A stretch of DNA of 48,708 bases. Origin: an uncultured Verrucomicrobiota bacterium. GTDB taxonomy: Bacteria; Verrucomicrobiota; Verrucomicrobiia; Limisphaerales; CAIMTB01. The stretch covers positions 21,273-69,980 of the forward strand of contig CAYZAE010000006.1 of assembly GCA_964476125.1 (NCBI GenBank), read 5' to 3'. The notes under the pieces were generated by a model. The model was given only the letters and a program-made list of their open reading frames with translations. It was not told the DNA's origin and did no database searches. Shown in pieces: positions 31,308 to 39,599 of the stretch (positions are counted from its first letter, which is position 1; every line of letters begins with the position of its first letter). The translations under genes were made by a program, and so were the position numbers.

Positions 31308-31321
31308 CCCGGTCTCGTTGG

Positions 31322-33325
31322 CTATTTGGCCGACGCGCTCAGCAGTTCCACGAGTGCGGCGTCCTTCTCGGGGCCGGATTGGAAGTCGAAAGCGCGGAAG
31401 TAACGGGCCTTGTCGGCTTCCGTGGCAGCGGGGTCCTTGATCAGTTTCGCGAGCAGGGCGGGCGTTTGTTTGGCCCGCGAGCGCCAGAGGATGTCGCGGC
31501 CGGCCGGGGTTTGGGTGGCGTCATTGCCCGCCTCCGCGAGGTAGGCAGCGAGGCAGGCGTCCCACTGCAGGTCGGCGCCAATCCCGAGGGCTTCCAGGTA
31601 CCAGCGATCCTTGCCGTCATGCTTGCGTGCGAGACGGGCCCAGAGTTTGGGGGCTTCGGGGGATTTGTGGTGGCGCAGGGCGATGGCGCATTCGCGACGG
31701 ACCTGGGCGCTCGGGTCATCGACCAGACGCGCGAGAAGCGGGATGAGGTCGAGTCCGCGTTCCCGGGCAATTCGGAGTCCGGTGATCCGCAGGTCGCTGT
31801 CGGAATTCCCGAGGGCCTCATTCACGCGGGCCAGTTCCTGTCCGGGCCGCCGGGCAAGTACGTGAAGGGCGCGGGCGCGGAACCGGGGATTGGAGTTTTC
31901 GGTCCAGACTTTGGCGAGTTCCGCGTCGGCGGCGGAACCGAGTCCCTGCAGAGCGTTCCAAGCGAGATGCCGGGTGGCGAGGTTCGGGGAGAGCAGGGCG
32001 GCGACGGCGCCCTTCGGCGAGGTCAGATCCAGCGCCGGGACGCTGGACTTGTGATTCTTCGGGGCGACCCGATAGACGCGGCCGGTCATGAGTTCGGCCT
32101 TTTGATCGGCCATGTAATGGCCCCCCACGCCGGCATCGTTCCAGTCGGCGATGAACACCGCGCCGTCCGGGGCGACACAGACGTCGCTGGGCCGGTACCA
32201 GTCGTCGGTGCTGGTGAGAAGATTGACGAGGGTGCCCTTGTACCCCGCGCCGTCCTTTTCGACGGGATAGGCCCGGACCACGCGCGGGCCGGCGTCGCAG
32301 TGGATCATCTGGCCGCGGAACGGTTCAGGAAGCAGGTCGCCTTCGTAGACGGTGATGCCGGTGGGGGAGCCGGCTCCGGTCTGGAGAAGGTTGGGGACGA
32401 CGCCGGGGTCGTTCAGGTGCCAATGGCGGCGGGGAACCTCGGGTTCCTGGTTGGATCGGCGCTGACCCCAGCCGGATCCGGTCAGTTCACCGGTGTAACC
32501 GTAGTTGCCGAACTCCATGACGAAGTTGATGCGGACACCCTGGTTGCCGTCGTCGTCGTTGTCGGACTGCCAGAGCGAGCCGAAGGAATCGACGGAGATT
32601 TCGTAATTGTTCCGGAAATTCCAGCCGAGCGTTTCGATGCGGGAGCCGTCGGGTTGGGAGCGGAAGACCATGCCCTGGCGGTAGGGTTTGCCGGTGTTGT
32701 TGATGACGTTGCCGGCGAGGTCGGTGATGGGTTTGCCCTGGGCGTCGTTGAGGTTTCGTCCTTCGTTGCCGAAGTTGAAGTAGAGGCGCCCGTCGGGTCC
32801 GAAGACGAACGCGTGCATGCCGTGGTCGTGGTCGACGCCCTTGATTCCGGTGAACATTTTCACCGGAGGACCGTCGGCCTTGTCGTCGTGATTCCGGTCC
32901 TCGAAGACCAGGACGTTGGGCGAGCAGGACACGAGGATGCGGTCCCCGAGGACGCAGATACCGAGGGCGGTGTTGACCTCGTTGCCCTGGTAGAAGGTTT
33001 TTTGGACGTCCGCCTCCCCGTCGCCGTTGGTGTCCTCAAGGATGGTGATCCGGTCGCCTTCGGGCTGGAGTTTGCCCCACTTCTGCCAGGTCCGGTAGTT
33101 GACGCCTTCGGTGCACCAGACGCGGCCCCGGGCATCGATGTCCATGTTGGCCGGGTTGCGGACCATGGGTTCGGAGGCGAACAGTTTCACTTCGAGCCCT
33201 TCGTGGACCTGCATTTTGGCGAGTTGCTGGAGGGCGGCGGCCTGGCCGGACCGCTCCTGGGCGGTGGCGGCGAGGGGCAGGGTGACGGCGAGCGCGAGTG
33301 CGGCGGAGGCGGCTGGGGCATTCAT
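31322..33325 (-). CDS. PVC-type membrane-bound dehydrogenase-domain protein (DUF7133/TIGR02604 beta-propeller plus HEAT repeats), no cytochrome c domain
   Basis: LFASEPMVRNP, DARGRVW, DRITILEDTNGDGEAD, GPDGRLYFNFGN, NFRNNYE, RPSDVCVAPDGAVFIADW, HEAT-like VRRECAIAL. Confidence 0.85.
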   Translation of the reverse strand: MNAPAASAALALAVTLPLAATAQERSGQAAALQQLAKMQVHEGLEVKLFASEPMVRNPANMDIDARGRVWCTEGVNYRTWQKWGKLQPEGDRITILEDTNGDGEADVQKTFYQGNEVNTALGICVLGDRILVSCSPNVLVFEDRNHDDKADGPPVKMFTGIKGVDHDHGMHAFVFGPDGRLYFNFGNEGRNLNDAQGKPITDLAGNVINNTGKPYRQGMVFRSQPDGSRIETLGWNFRNNYEISVDSFGSLWQSDNDDDGNQGVRINFVMEFGNYGYTGELTGSGWGQRRSNQEPEVPRRHWHLNDPGVVPNLLQTGAGSPTGITVYEGDLLPEPFRGQMIHCDAGPRVVRAYPVEKDGAGYKGTLVNLLTSTDDWYRPSDVCVAPDGAVFIADWNDAGVGGHYMADQKAELMTGRVYRVAPKNHKSSVPALDLTSPKGAVAALLSPNLATRHLAWNALQGLGSAADAELAKVWTENSNPRFRARALHVLARRPGQELARVNEALGNSDSDLRITGLRIARERGLDLIPLLARLVDDPSAQVRRECAIALRHHKSPEAPKLWARLARKHDGKDRWYLEALGIGADLQWDACLAAYLAEAGNDATQTPAGRDILWRSRAKQTPALLAKLIKDPAATEADKARYFRAFDFQSGPEKDAALVELLSASAK

Positions 33326-33528
33326 GATGGCTTGATGGGCTGGGGTTCCGGGGGCGAACCGCATGCGGACGGTTGGGTGCCGTCTCATGCTGCTGGCCGG
33401 GGGACCGCGCGGGACTGTAGCGATGGCATTTGGGGTGCCAATGGCATTTTCAATCCGGATGCGGGGCTGTTCCCCCGGGTGCGAATGCGGGACTCGCGTT
33501 CGGAATGGAATGCGGCTAGGGTCGGCTC

Positions 33529-34761
33529 ATGACAACGGCCGCGCCGAAGGCGCCCCCGATTCCGAAAGTGAACCTTCGCCGACCCGACATCATGACGGAG
33601 GTCCAGGCGCAGGTGCTTTCGCACTATCGCAGCGAATTGGTGGAGCGGATCCGTCGGAACGGACATGCCATTTCGGCGCCCGGGGTGTTGACGGTGAGCC
33701 TGGCGAAGGAATTTGGGTTCTGTTACGGCGTGGAGCGGGCCATCGACATGGCGTACGCGGCTCGCAAGGCGTTTCCGGACCGCCGGATTTTCCTGCTCGG
33801 GGAGATCATCCACAATCCGGAGGTCAACGATCAGATCCGGCGGATGGGCATTGTGACCATCGCGAGCCGGCCGGAGGACGACCAGATCGCGACGATTTCT
33901 GCCGAGGACATCGTGATCATACCGGCGTTCGGCACCGAGGTGTCGACGCGGCAGAAGCTGGAGGCGCGCGGGTGCACGTTTGTGGACACAACGTGCGGGG
34001 ACGTGATGAGTGTCTGGAAGCGGGTGCGCCAGTATTCGAAGGAATCGGTGACCAGCATCATTCACGGAAAGGCGTGGCACGAGGAGACCTTGGCGACCAG
34101 TTCGCAGGCGCGGGCCAACGGCAGCGGTCATTATCTGGTGGTGTTCAGCCTGGCGGAGACCGACTACGTTTGTGACTACATTCTGAACGGCGGGGACAAG
34201 CATGCCTTCCTTGAGAAATTCAAAGGCGCCTATTCGAGCGGGTTCGATCCGGATCTTCATTTGAACGCGATCGGGGTGGCGAACCAGACGACGATGCTGC
34301 GCGGGGAGACCGAGGAGGTTCAGCGCCGTTTGCGGGCTGCGATGGGCAAGCGGTTTGGGGTCGACGATCTTCCGAATCATTTCCGGTTCTTCGACACCAT
34401 TTGCGGGGCGACCCAGGAGCGGCAGGACGCGCTGGAGAAGATGCTCCAGACGCCGCCGGATCTGCTTATCGTCATTGGTGGTTACAATTCCTCGAACACT
34501 TCGCATCTCGCCGAGATGGGGGAGGCCAAGTTGCCGACCTTTTTCATCAAGAATGCGGGCAAGATGGTTTCGCCCCAGCGGATCCAGCACTGGGACCAGC
34601 ATCGGCGTGAGGAAGTGGAGACTTCCGACTGGCTCCCGGCTGGTTCGGTGACGGTGGGGGTGACGGCGGGGGCGAGTTGTCCGAACAACCTGATCGAGGA
34701 GGTCATCGAGAGGTTGTTCGAGTTGAAGGGCGTGGCGCTCCCGGTTCTGGCACCGGCTTAA
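33529..34761 (+). CDS. ispH: 4-hydroxy-3-methylbut-2-enyl diphosphate reductase
   Basis: FGFCYGVERA, EIIHNP, PAFG, DTTC, HEET, NQTT, TICGATQERQ, SSNT, TAGASCP. Confidence 0.95.
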   Translation: MTTAAPKAPPIPKVNLRRPDIMTEVQAQVLSHYRSELVERIRRNGHAISAPGVLTVSLAKEFGFCYGVERAIDMAYAARKAFPDRRIFLLGEIIHNPEVNDQIRRMGIVTIASRPEDDQIATISAEDIVIIPAFGTEVSTRQKLEARGCTFVDTTCGDVMSVWKRVRQYSKESVTSIIHGKAWHEETLATSSQARANGSGHYLVVFSLAETDYVCDYILNGGDKHAFLEKFKGAYSSGFDPDLHLNAIGVANQTTMLRGETEEVQRRLRAAMGKRFGVDDLPNHFRFFDTICGATQERQDALEKMLQTPPDLLIVIGGYNSSNTSHLAEMGEAKLPTFFIKNAGKMVSPQRIQHWDQHRREEVETSDWLPAGSVTVGVTAGASCPNNLIEEVIERLFELKGVALPVLAPA

Positions 34762-34773
34762 TCCGGGAATCGG

Positions 34774-35925
34774 ATGCCCGTCACACGATCCGAACTCGAG
34801 GAACGCGAGGCTTCGTGGCTGGCGCCCTGGGCGCAGTTGAGCGCGTTGACGCGCGGTCGAATCCATGAGGAGAGCCCCCCCGAATGGCGGACGCATTTCC
34901 AGCGTGACCGGGATCGGGTGATCCACAGCCGGGCCTTCCGGCGGTTGGAGTATAAAACCCAGGTCTTTCTCAACGGCACCGGGGATCATCTCCGCACCCG
35001 GCTTACCCACACCATGGAGGTGGCGGGGATTTCGCGGAACATCGCGCGGGCGCTGCGGTTGAACGAAGAACTCTCGGAGACGATCGCCCTGGCGCATGAC
35101 CTGGGGCACTCGCCCTTCGGGCATTCCGGGGAGGTTGTGCTCAACCGGTTGATGAAGGGGCACGGTGGATTCGAGCACAACCGGCAGAGCCTCCGGATCG
35201 TCGACGAGATCGAGCAGAAGTATCCGGGATTTCCCGGGCTGAACCTGACCTGGGAGGTGCGGGAAGGCTTGATGAAGCATGCGGACCTCGCCTCCCTGGC
35301 CGGACCGCGACCTGACTTTCTGAACCGCTCCCCCTCGCTGGAGGCCCAGGTGGCCAATCTGGCCGACGAGATCACCTATTACGGCCACGATCTCGACGAC
35401 GGCCTGGATGCGGGGTTGCTGACCGAGAAGCAGTTGTTGCGGGACGTCTCGGTGTGGCGTGATGCCGCCGCTCTGGTGCGACGGGAACACGGGCGGCTTC
35501 CCGACGAGGTGCGCAGATTCTTCACCATCCGGACCATTCTGGATGAACAGGTGAAGGATGTTGTCCGAACCACCGAACTGAACATCCAGACCTCGGGGGT
35601 TCGTTGCCCGGATGATGTCCGCCGGTTGGCCCGGCCCCTCGTGCGGTACAGTCCCGTTCGGCGCCGGGAGAATCTGGCGCTTCGGAAGTATCTGTACCAA
35701 AACCTCTACCATCATCCCGCCGTCCAGGTGCCCAACCTGCGGGCGGTGCGCATGCTGGAGGCGCTTTTCCTCCATTACCTCGAACATCCCGAGTCGCTGA
35801 GTGCCGGGGCGAGGAAGCGCTCCCGGATCGAGGGGCTCCATCGGGGGATCTGCGATTATCTCGCCGGCATGACCGACCGATTCGCACTTCAGGATCACCA
35901 GCGGCTGTTCGGGGTCCGGATCTGA
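34774..35925 (+). CDS. dgt: Deoxyguanosinetriphosphate triphosphohydrolase-like HD protein
   Basis: FQRDRDRVIHSRAFRRLEYKTQVF, RTRLTHT, HDLGHSPFGHSGE, ADEITYYGHDLDD, DYLAGMTD. Confidence 0.93.
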   Translation: MPVTRSELEEREASWLAPWAQLSALTRGRIHEESPPEWRTHFQRDRDRVIHSRAFRRLEYKTQVFLNGTGDHLRTRLTHTMEVAGISRNIARALRLNEELSETIALAHDLGHSPFGHSGEVVLNRLMKGHGGFEHNRQSLRIVDEIEQKYPGFPGLNLTWEVREGLMKHADLASLAGPRPDFLNRSPSLEAQVANLADEITYYGHDLDDGLDAGLLTEKQLLRDVSVWRDAAALVRREHGRLPDEVRRFFTIRTILDEQVKDVVRTTELNIQTSGVRCPDDVRRLARPLVRYSPVRRRENLALRKYLYQNLYHHPAVQVPNLRAVRMLEALFLHYLEHPESLSAGARKRSRIEGLHRGICDYLAGMTDRFALQDHQRLFGVRI

Positions 35926-35951
35926 TCCGCTCCGGCCGCGGTTCCCGGCGG

Positions 35952-36773
35952 TCAGGGCTTTACGACGCCGGGCGGACGGTTGGCGCGCAGGAAGGCGGCG
36001 AGCTCAGCGAGTCGATCCGTGTTGACCAGATCGACCCCGGCTTCCGACTGGGCTTTCCACATCCCGGAACGATCGGCGGCGCCCCAGAAGCGGATGCGCC
36101 GTCCCTGCTGGTGGGCCTTCAGGACCAGGCTGGCGAGCTTCGCTTTTTCCGCCTCGGGCATGTCGCCCAGGCCGTCCCATCGGAAATGGGTCCGCCAGTT
36201 GTCGCTGACGAGTGGGACGAGGTCGATGGAAGGGGCGGGAACCCGGTCCAGGTCCGACATCCGGCCGTCGAGACCCGCGAGCCGTTCCGTTTCGGCGGCG
36301 AGCACCTCGAAGGGGCGGTCGCCGGACAGGATGATGGTGACGGCGCGGGTTTCGATTTTCCCGGGGCGAAAGACGGAGAGCATCTCGCGGTAATCGGCCA
36401 GCACTTCGCGAAGCCTGGCGTAGGTTGCGGCGCCCGACGTTTTGAGATCGATGAGCAGGGTGACCGGAGGACCGCCGGGGTAAACGCGTCCGGCGTGGGT
36501 GCGGACCCGATCCCGGAGCGGGTCGAGGTAGAGGGCCTGGAGGGTGCGCTCGGGTTTGACCTTGGGTCGGTCGTGCGCCACGAGGAGCTGGCCATCGACG
36601 AGGTAGATATCGGCCTCGATGCTGCAAAATCCCTGGTCGAGGGCGTCCAGAAGTGGACGCGTGTGCTCGTAGTCGTTGTGCGAATGGGCCTGGGGGAGCG
36701 GGGCTGGCGGTGTGGCTGCGAGAACGCGACCGAGAATCAGGCAAGCCGCGGCCAGGGGGCGGAAGAGGCGCAT
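35952..36773 (-). CDS. Secreted PI-PLC/glycerophosphodiester phosphodiesterase-like protein (Aim6-like)
   Basis: Signal peptide; AHSHNDY, SIEADI, LLVAHD, LYLDPL, LLIDLK, RIRFW, GVDLVNTD. Confidence 0.82.
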   Translation of the reverse strand: MRLFRPLAAACLILGRVLAATPPAPLPQAHSHNDYEHTRPLLDALDQGFCSIEADIYLVDGQLLVAHDRPKVKPERTLQALYLDPLRDRVRTHAGRVYPGGPPVTLLIDLKTSGAATYARLREVLADYREMLSVFRPGKIETRAVTIILSGDRPFEVLAAETERLAGLDGRMSDLDRVPAPSIDLVPLVSDNWRTHFRWDGLGDMPEAEKAKLASLVLKAHQQGRRIRFWGAADRSGMWKAQSEAGVDLVNTDRLAELAAFLRANRPPGVVKP

Positions 36774-36871
36774 GGCGGCGAGGGTAGCGGGCGGGCTCCG
36801 TCGCGCCAGTCCGGGGTGGAGCGGAGGATTTTGGCTTCGCTGGAGCGCGGGGGGCGGACACGATTCCGGGC

Positions 36872-38263
36872 ATGAGCAAGCCGACGGACGTCCGCGTGGT
36901 GGGGGTGCGACTTCATCTGCTGCCGGCGCCGATGCGGGTGCCGCTCAAGTTCGGGGCGGAGACGGTTCACCACGTCACGTGCGTCCGGGTTTGGATGCGG
37001 GTGATGGATCGGGCGGGGCGGACGGCGGAGGGGTGGGGGGAGACGCCGTTGGGTGTTCAGTGGGGGTGGCCGTCGAAGACCCCGTACGAACCCCGGCTCG
37101 AGGCCATGCTGGAGTTATGTCGAAGATTGGCGGGGGCGTGGGCGAACATGGGGCAGTACGGTCATCCCCTGGAGCTGGGGTGGGATTTTGTGGAGGGGCG
37201 CCTGCAAGGCCTGGGAGGGTTTGGCACCGAGGAACCCATGCCGTGGCTGGCGATGTTGATTTGTGCCTCGGCCTTCGACCTGGCGCTGCACGACGCCTAT
37301 GGGAACCTGCTGGGACGGCCGGTCTACGACTTGTACGGCCCGGAGCACCTCTCCCGCGACCTGTCCTCCTTTCTCGAGGCCGTTCCCGGCAGTGGGGTGG
37401 ATTTCCGGGGGCGGCATCCCGTCGATTTCCTGAAGCCGAGGCAGGAACAGCTGCGGGCCTGGCATCTCGTGGGCGGTCTGGATCCGATTGCGAAGGAGGA
37501 TTTGCGCGGCGACGAACCCAGGGACGGACATCCGATTCTGTTGGAGGACTGGATTCGGCGGGATGGGTTGACCTGCCTGAAGATCAAACTTCGCGGGAAC
37601 GACCCGGCCTGGGATTACGCTCGGTTGGTGGGGGTGGGGGAGCTGGCGGTTCCGAGGGGGGTCGAATGGTTGACCGCGGATTTCAACTGCACCGTCCGCG
37701 AACCGGACTACGTGAACGAGATCCTCGACCGGTTGAGGGACGAGCATCCGCGCCTGTACGGCATGCTGTTGTACGTCGAGCAGCCCTTTGCCTACGAATT
37801 GGACTCCCACCGCGTCGATGTCCGGAGTGTGTCCGCCCGGAAGCCGCTGTTTTTGGATGAGAGCGCCCACGATTGGCGGGTGGTGCGGCTGGGGCGCGAA
37901 CTGGGATGGACGGGGGTGGCCTTGAAGACCTGCAAGACCCAGTCGGGCGCGCTTCTGAGCCTGTGCTGGGCGCGGGCTCATGGGATGACCCTGATGGTGC
38001 AGGACCTGACCAATCCGATGCTCGCGCAGTTGCCGCATCTCCAGTTGGCCGCGCATGCCGGGACGATCATGGGGGTGGAGACCAATGGCATGCAGTTCTA
38101 CCCGGCGGTTTCGGAGCCGGAGGAGCACGTGCATCCCGGGTGTTATCGACGCCGAGGCGGGCGGGTGGATCTCTGCACGGTTCGCGGGAGCGGCTTCGGG
38201 TATCGATTGGCTGAAATCGCGCGGGAACTTCCTGCCCCGGTTGTGGAAGTGGAAGGCGGCTGA
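36872..38263 (+). CDS. Enolase superfamily (mandelate racemase/muconate lactonizing-like) protein
   Basis: G..AEGWGE, SAFDLALHDAYG, KIKL (KxK), ADFN, YVEQP, LDES metal ligands. Confidence 0.82.
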   Translation: MSKPTDVRVVGVRLHLLPAPMRVPLKFGAETVHHVTCVRVWMRVMDRAGRTAEGWGETPLGVQWGWPSKTPYEPRLEAMLELCRRLAGAWANMGQYGHPLELGWDFVEGRLQGLGGFGTEEPMPWLAMLICASAFDLALHDAYGNLLGRPVYDLYGPEHLSRDLSSFLEAVPGSGVDFRGRHPVDFLKPRQEQLRAWHLVGGLDPIAKEDLRGDEPRDGHPILLEDWIRRDGLTCLKIKLRGNDPAWDYARLVGVGELAVPRGVEWLTADFNCTVREPDYVNEILDRLRDEHPRLYGMLLYVEQPFAYELDSHRVDVRSVSARKPLFLDESAHDWRVVRLGRELGWTGVALKTCKTQSGALLSLCWARAHGMTLMVQDLTNPMLAQLPHLQLAAHAGTIMGVETNGMQFYPAVSEPEEHVHPGCYRRRGGRVDLCTVRGSGFGYRLAEIARELPAPVVEVEGG

Positions 38264-38320
38264 GGGGGTGGGGGGCCGGGGGTGGGGAGTTTGGAGAGGG
38301 GAGGAGGGAGAGGGGAGGAG
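38264..38320 (+). repeat. G-run tract plus 14-bp tandem duplication
   Basis: G5-T-G6-CC-G5-T-G4 (38264-38287); GGAGAGGGGAGGAG x2 (38293-38320). Confidence 0.7.
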
Positions 38321-38323
38321 GGG

Positions 38324-38360
38324 AAAGAAAAAACGGGCCTGGGGTTGCCCCCGGGCCCGT
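38324..38360 (-). terminator. Intrinsic terminator of the 38408..38731 gene
   Basis: Minus strand ACGGGCCcGGGG-GCAA-CCCCaGGCCCGT followed by TTTTTCTTT. Confidence 0.8.
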
Positions 38361-38407
38361 GACAATTTCCATGGTTAACTGACTGAATGCTGCGCCGGAC
38401 GCCGGTC

Positions 38408-38731
38408 CTATTCGGACAGGCAGAGCCACTCTCGGCTGGTTTCGCGAAGCTGGGCCTGCCTTGCGGCATGGAGCCTGGCCACACGAACCTTTTCCTCGAG
38501 CAACGCCGGCAGGACCAACAGGGGAAACGGGCTGAGCCACGCGAGTGACTCGGCTTCGGCAGCCGCCTGTTGGAGCCGGGTGAGCAGCACGGGGTTGTTT
38601 GATTCCGCCGTCAGACGACGGAGCAGACGTCCCTTGAGCCGCACGAGTTCACGATCCTGGGGTCTTGGATTCGACTTTCGGACCGTACCACGATTTCCCC
38701 GGCGCAGCGCCTTGGGGTCGATCGCATTCAT
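38408..38731 (-). CDS. Small hypothetical protein
   Basis: 107 aa with its own terminator; LQQAAAEAESLAWLSPFPLLVLPALLEEK resembles a small Verrucomicrobia-restricted family (recalled). Confidence 0.7.
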   Translation of the reverse strand: MNAIDPKALRRGNRGTVRKSNPRPQDRELVRLKGRLLRRLTAESNNPVLLTRLQQAAAEAESLAWLSPFPLLVLPALLEEKVRVARLHAARQAQLRETSREWLCLSE

Positions 38732-38889
38732 ACCGCCGCCTTTCTAGCCGAAAACCAGGCATTCCGCAAATGGGGGAAAATGGCTGGATCGAAGGGATTA
38801 CGGGGATTGATTAGGTGGGTTGGGGTGGCCTGGGGTCCGTTCGCGCCGAAGCAGTTGCACGAATCAGGGGAGACGGGTCAACCTTGGGC

Positions 38890-39525
38890 ATGCTCGAATC
38901 GCTGACGGTGCCAGCCCAGGAGAGGAATTCATCGTGGACGATGGTGGTGCTCCATGGTTTGGGGGACAGCCTTGCCGGCTACCGATGGTTGCCGGAGGCC
39001 CTTGGCCTGCCGTGGCTTGGGTATCGTCTGGTGAACGCTCCCGACCATTATTTCGGAGGCTATTCCTGGTATGACTTCGCGGGGAACCCGGGACCGGGTG
39101 TCGAACGTAGCCGGGGTCTTTTGGTGGATCTCCTGGAACGTCAGGTGGCGGAGGGCATTCCGTCGGAGCGCACCTTTGTTCTTGGTTTCTCCCAGGGTTG
39201 CCTGATGACCCTCGAGGTGGGGGCCCGTTACCCACGTCGACTGGCGGGGTGTGTGGGTATCAGCGGGTACGTGCACGAACCGGACCGTTTGCTGAACTCC
39301 CTGTCTCCCGTTGCCCGCGACCAGCGGTTTCTTGTCACCCATGGGGATGCGGATCCGCTCATTCCGCTGGGGCCGGTGCGTGGGCAGATCGAGCGGTTGA
39401 AGGCGGCGGGTCTGAACATCACCTGGCGGGAGTTTGCGAAGGAACACACCATCGCCGGCGAGGAAGAGCTGGCGGTGATCCGCGAATTCCTGGAGTCGGC
39501 ACGCAAGCATGCGGCGGCGGCCTAG
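38890..39525 (+). CDS. Phospholipase/carboxylesterase (alpha/beta hydrolase)
   Basis: LHGLGD, GFSQG nucleophile elbow, THG..DPLIP, H in KEHTI. Confidence 0.9.
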   Translation: MLESLTVPAQERNSSWTMVVLHGLGDSLAGYRWLPEALGLPWLGYRLVNAPDHYFGGYSWYDFAGNPGPGVERSRGLLVDLLERQVAEGIPSERTFVLGFSQGCLMTLEVGARYPRRLAGCVGISGYVHEPDRLLNSLSPVARDQRFLVTHGDADPLIPLGPVRGQIERLKAAGLNITWREFAKEHTIAGEEELAVIREFLESARKHAAAA

Positions 39526-39599
39526 GACCGGGGCAAGATCGGGGGAGGGAAAGCCAACGGTCGTTGGGCTGCGGGCGGTTGACGGGTTAGGATTCTGCC

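Noticed and set aside
34774-35925. dGTPase as an anti-phage defence gene
   Set aside because: Short housekeeping-type Dgt coupled to ispH, with host-like composition and no defence-island context
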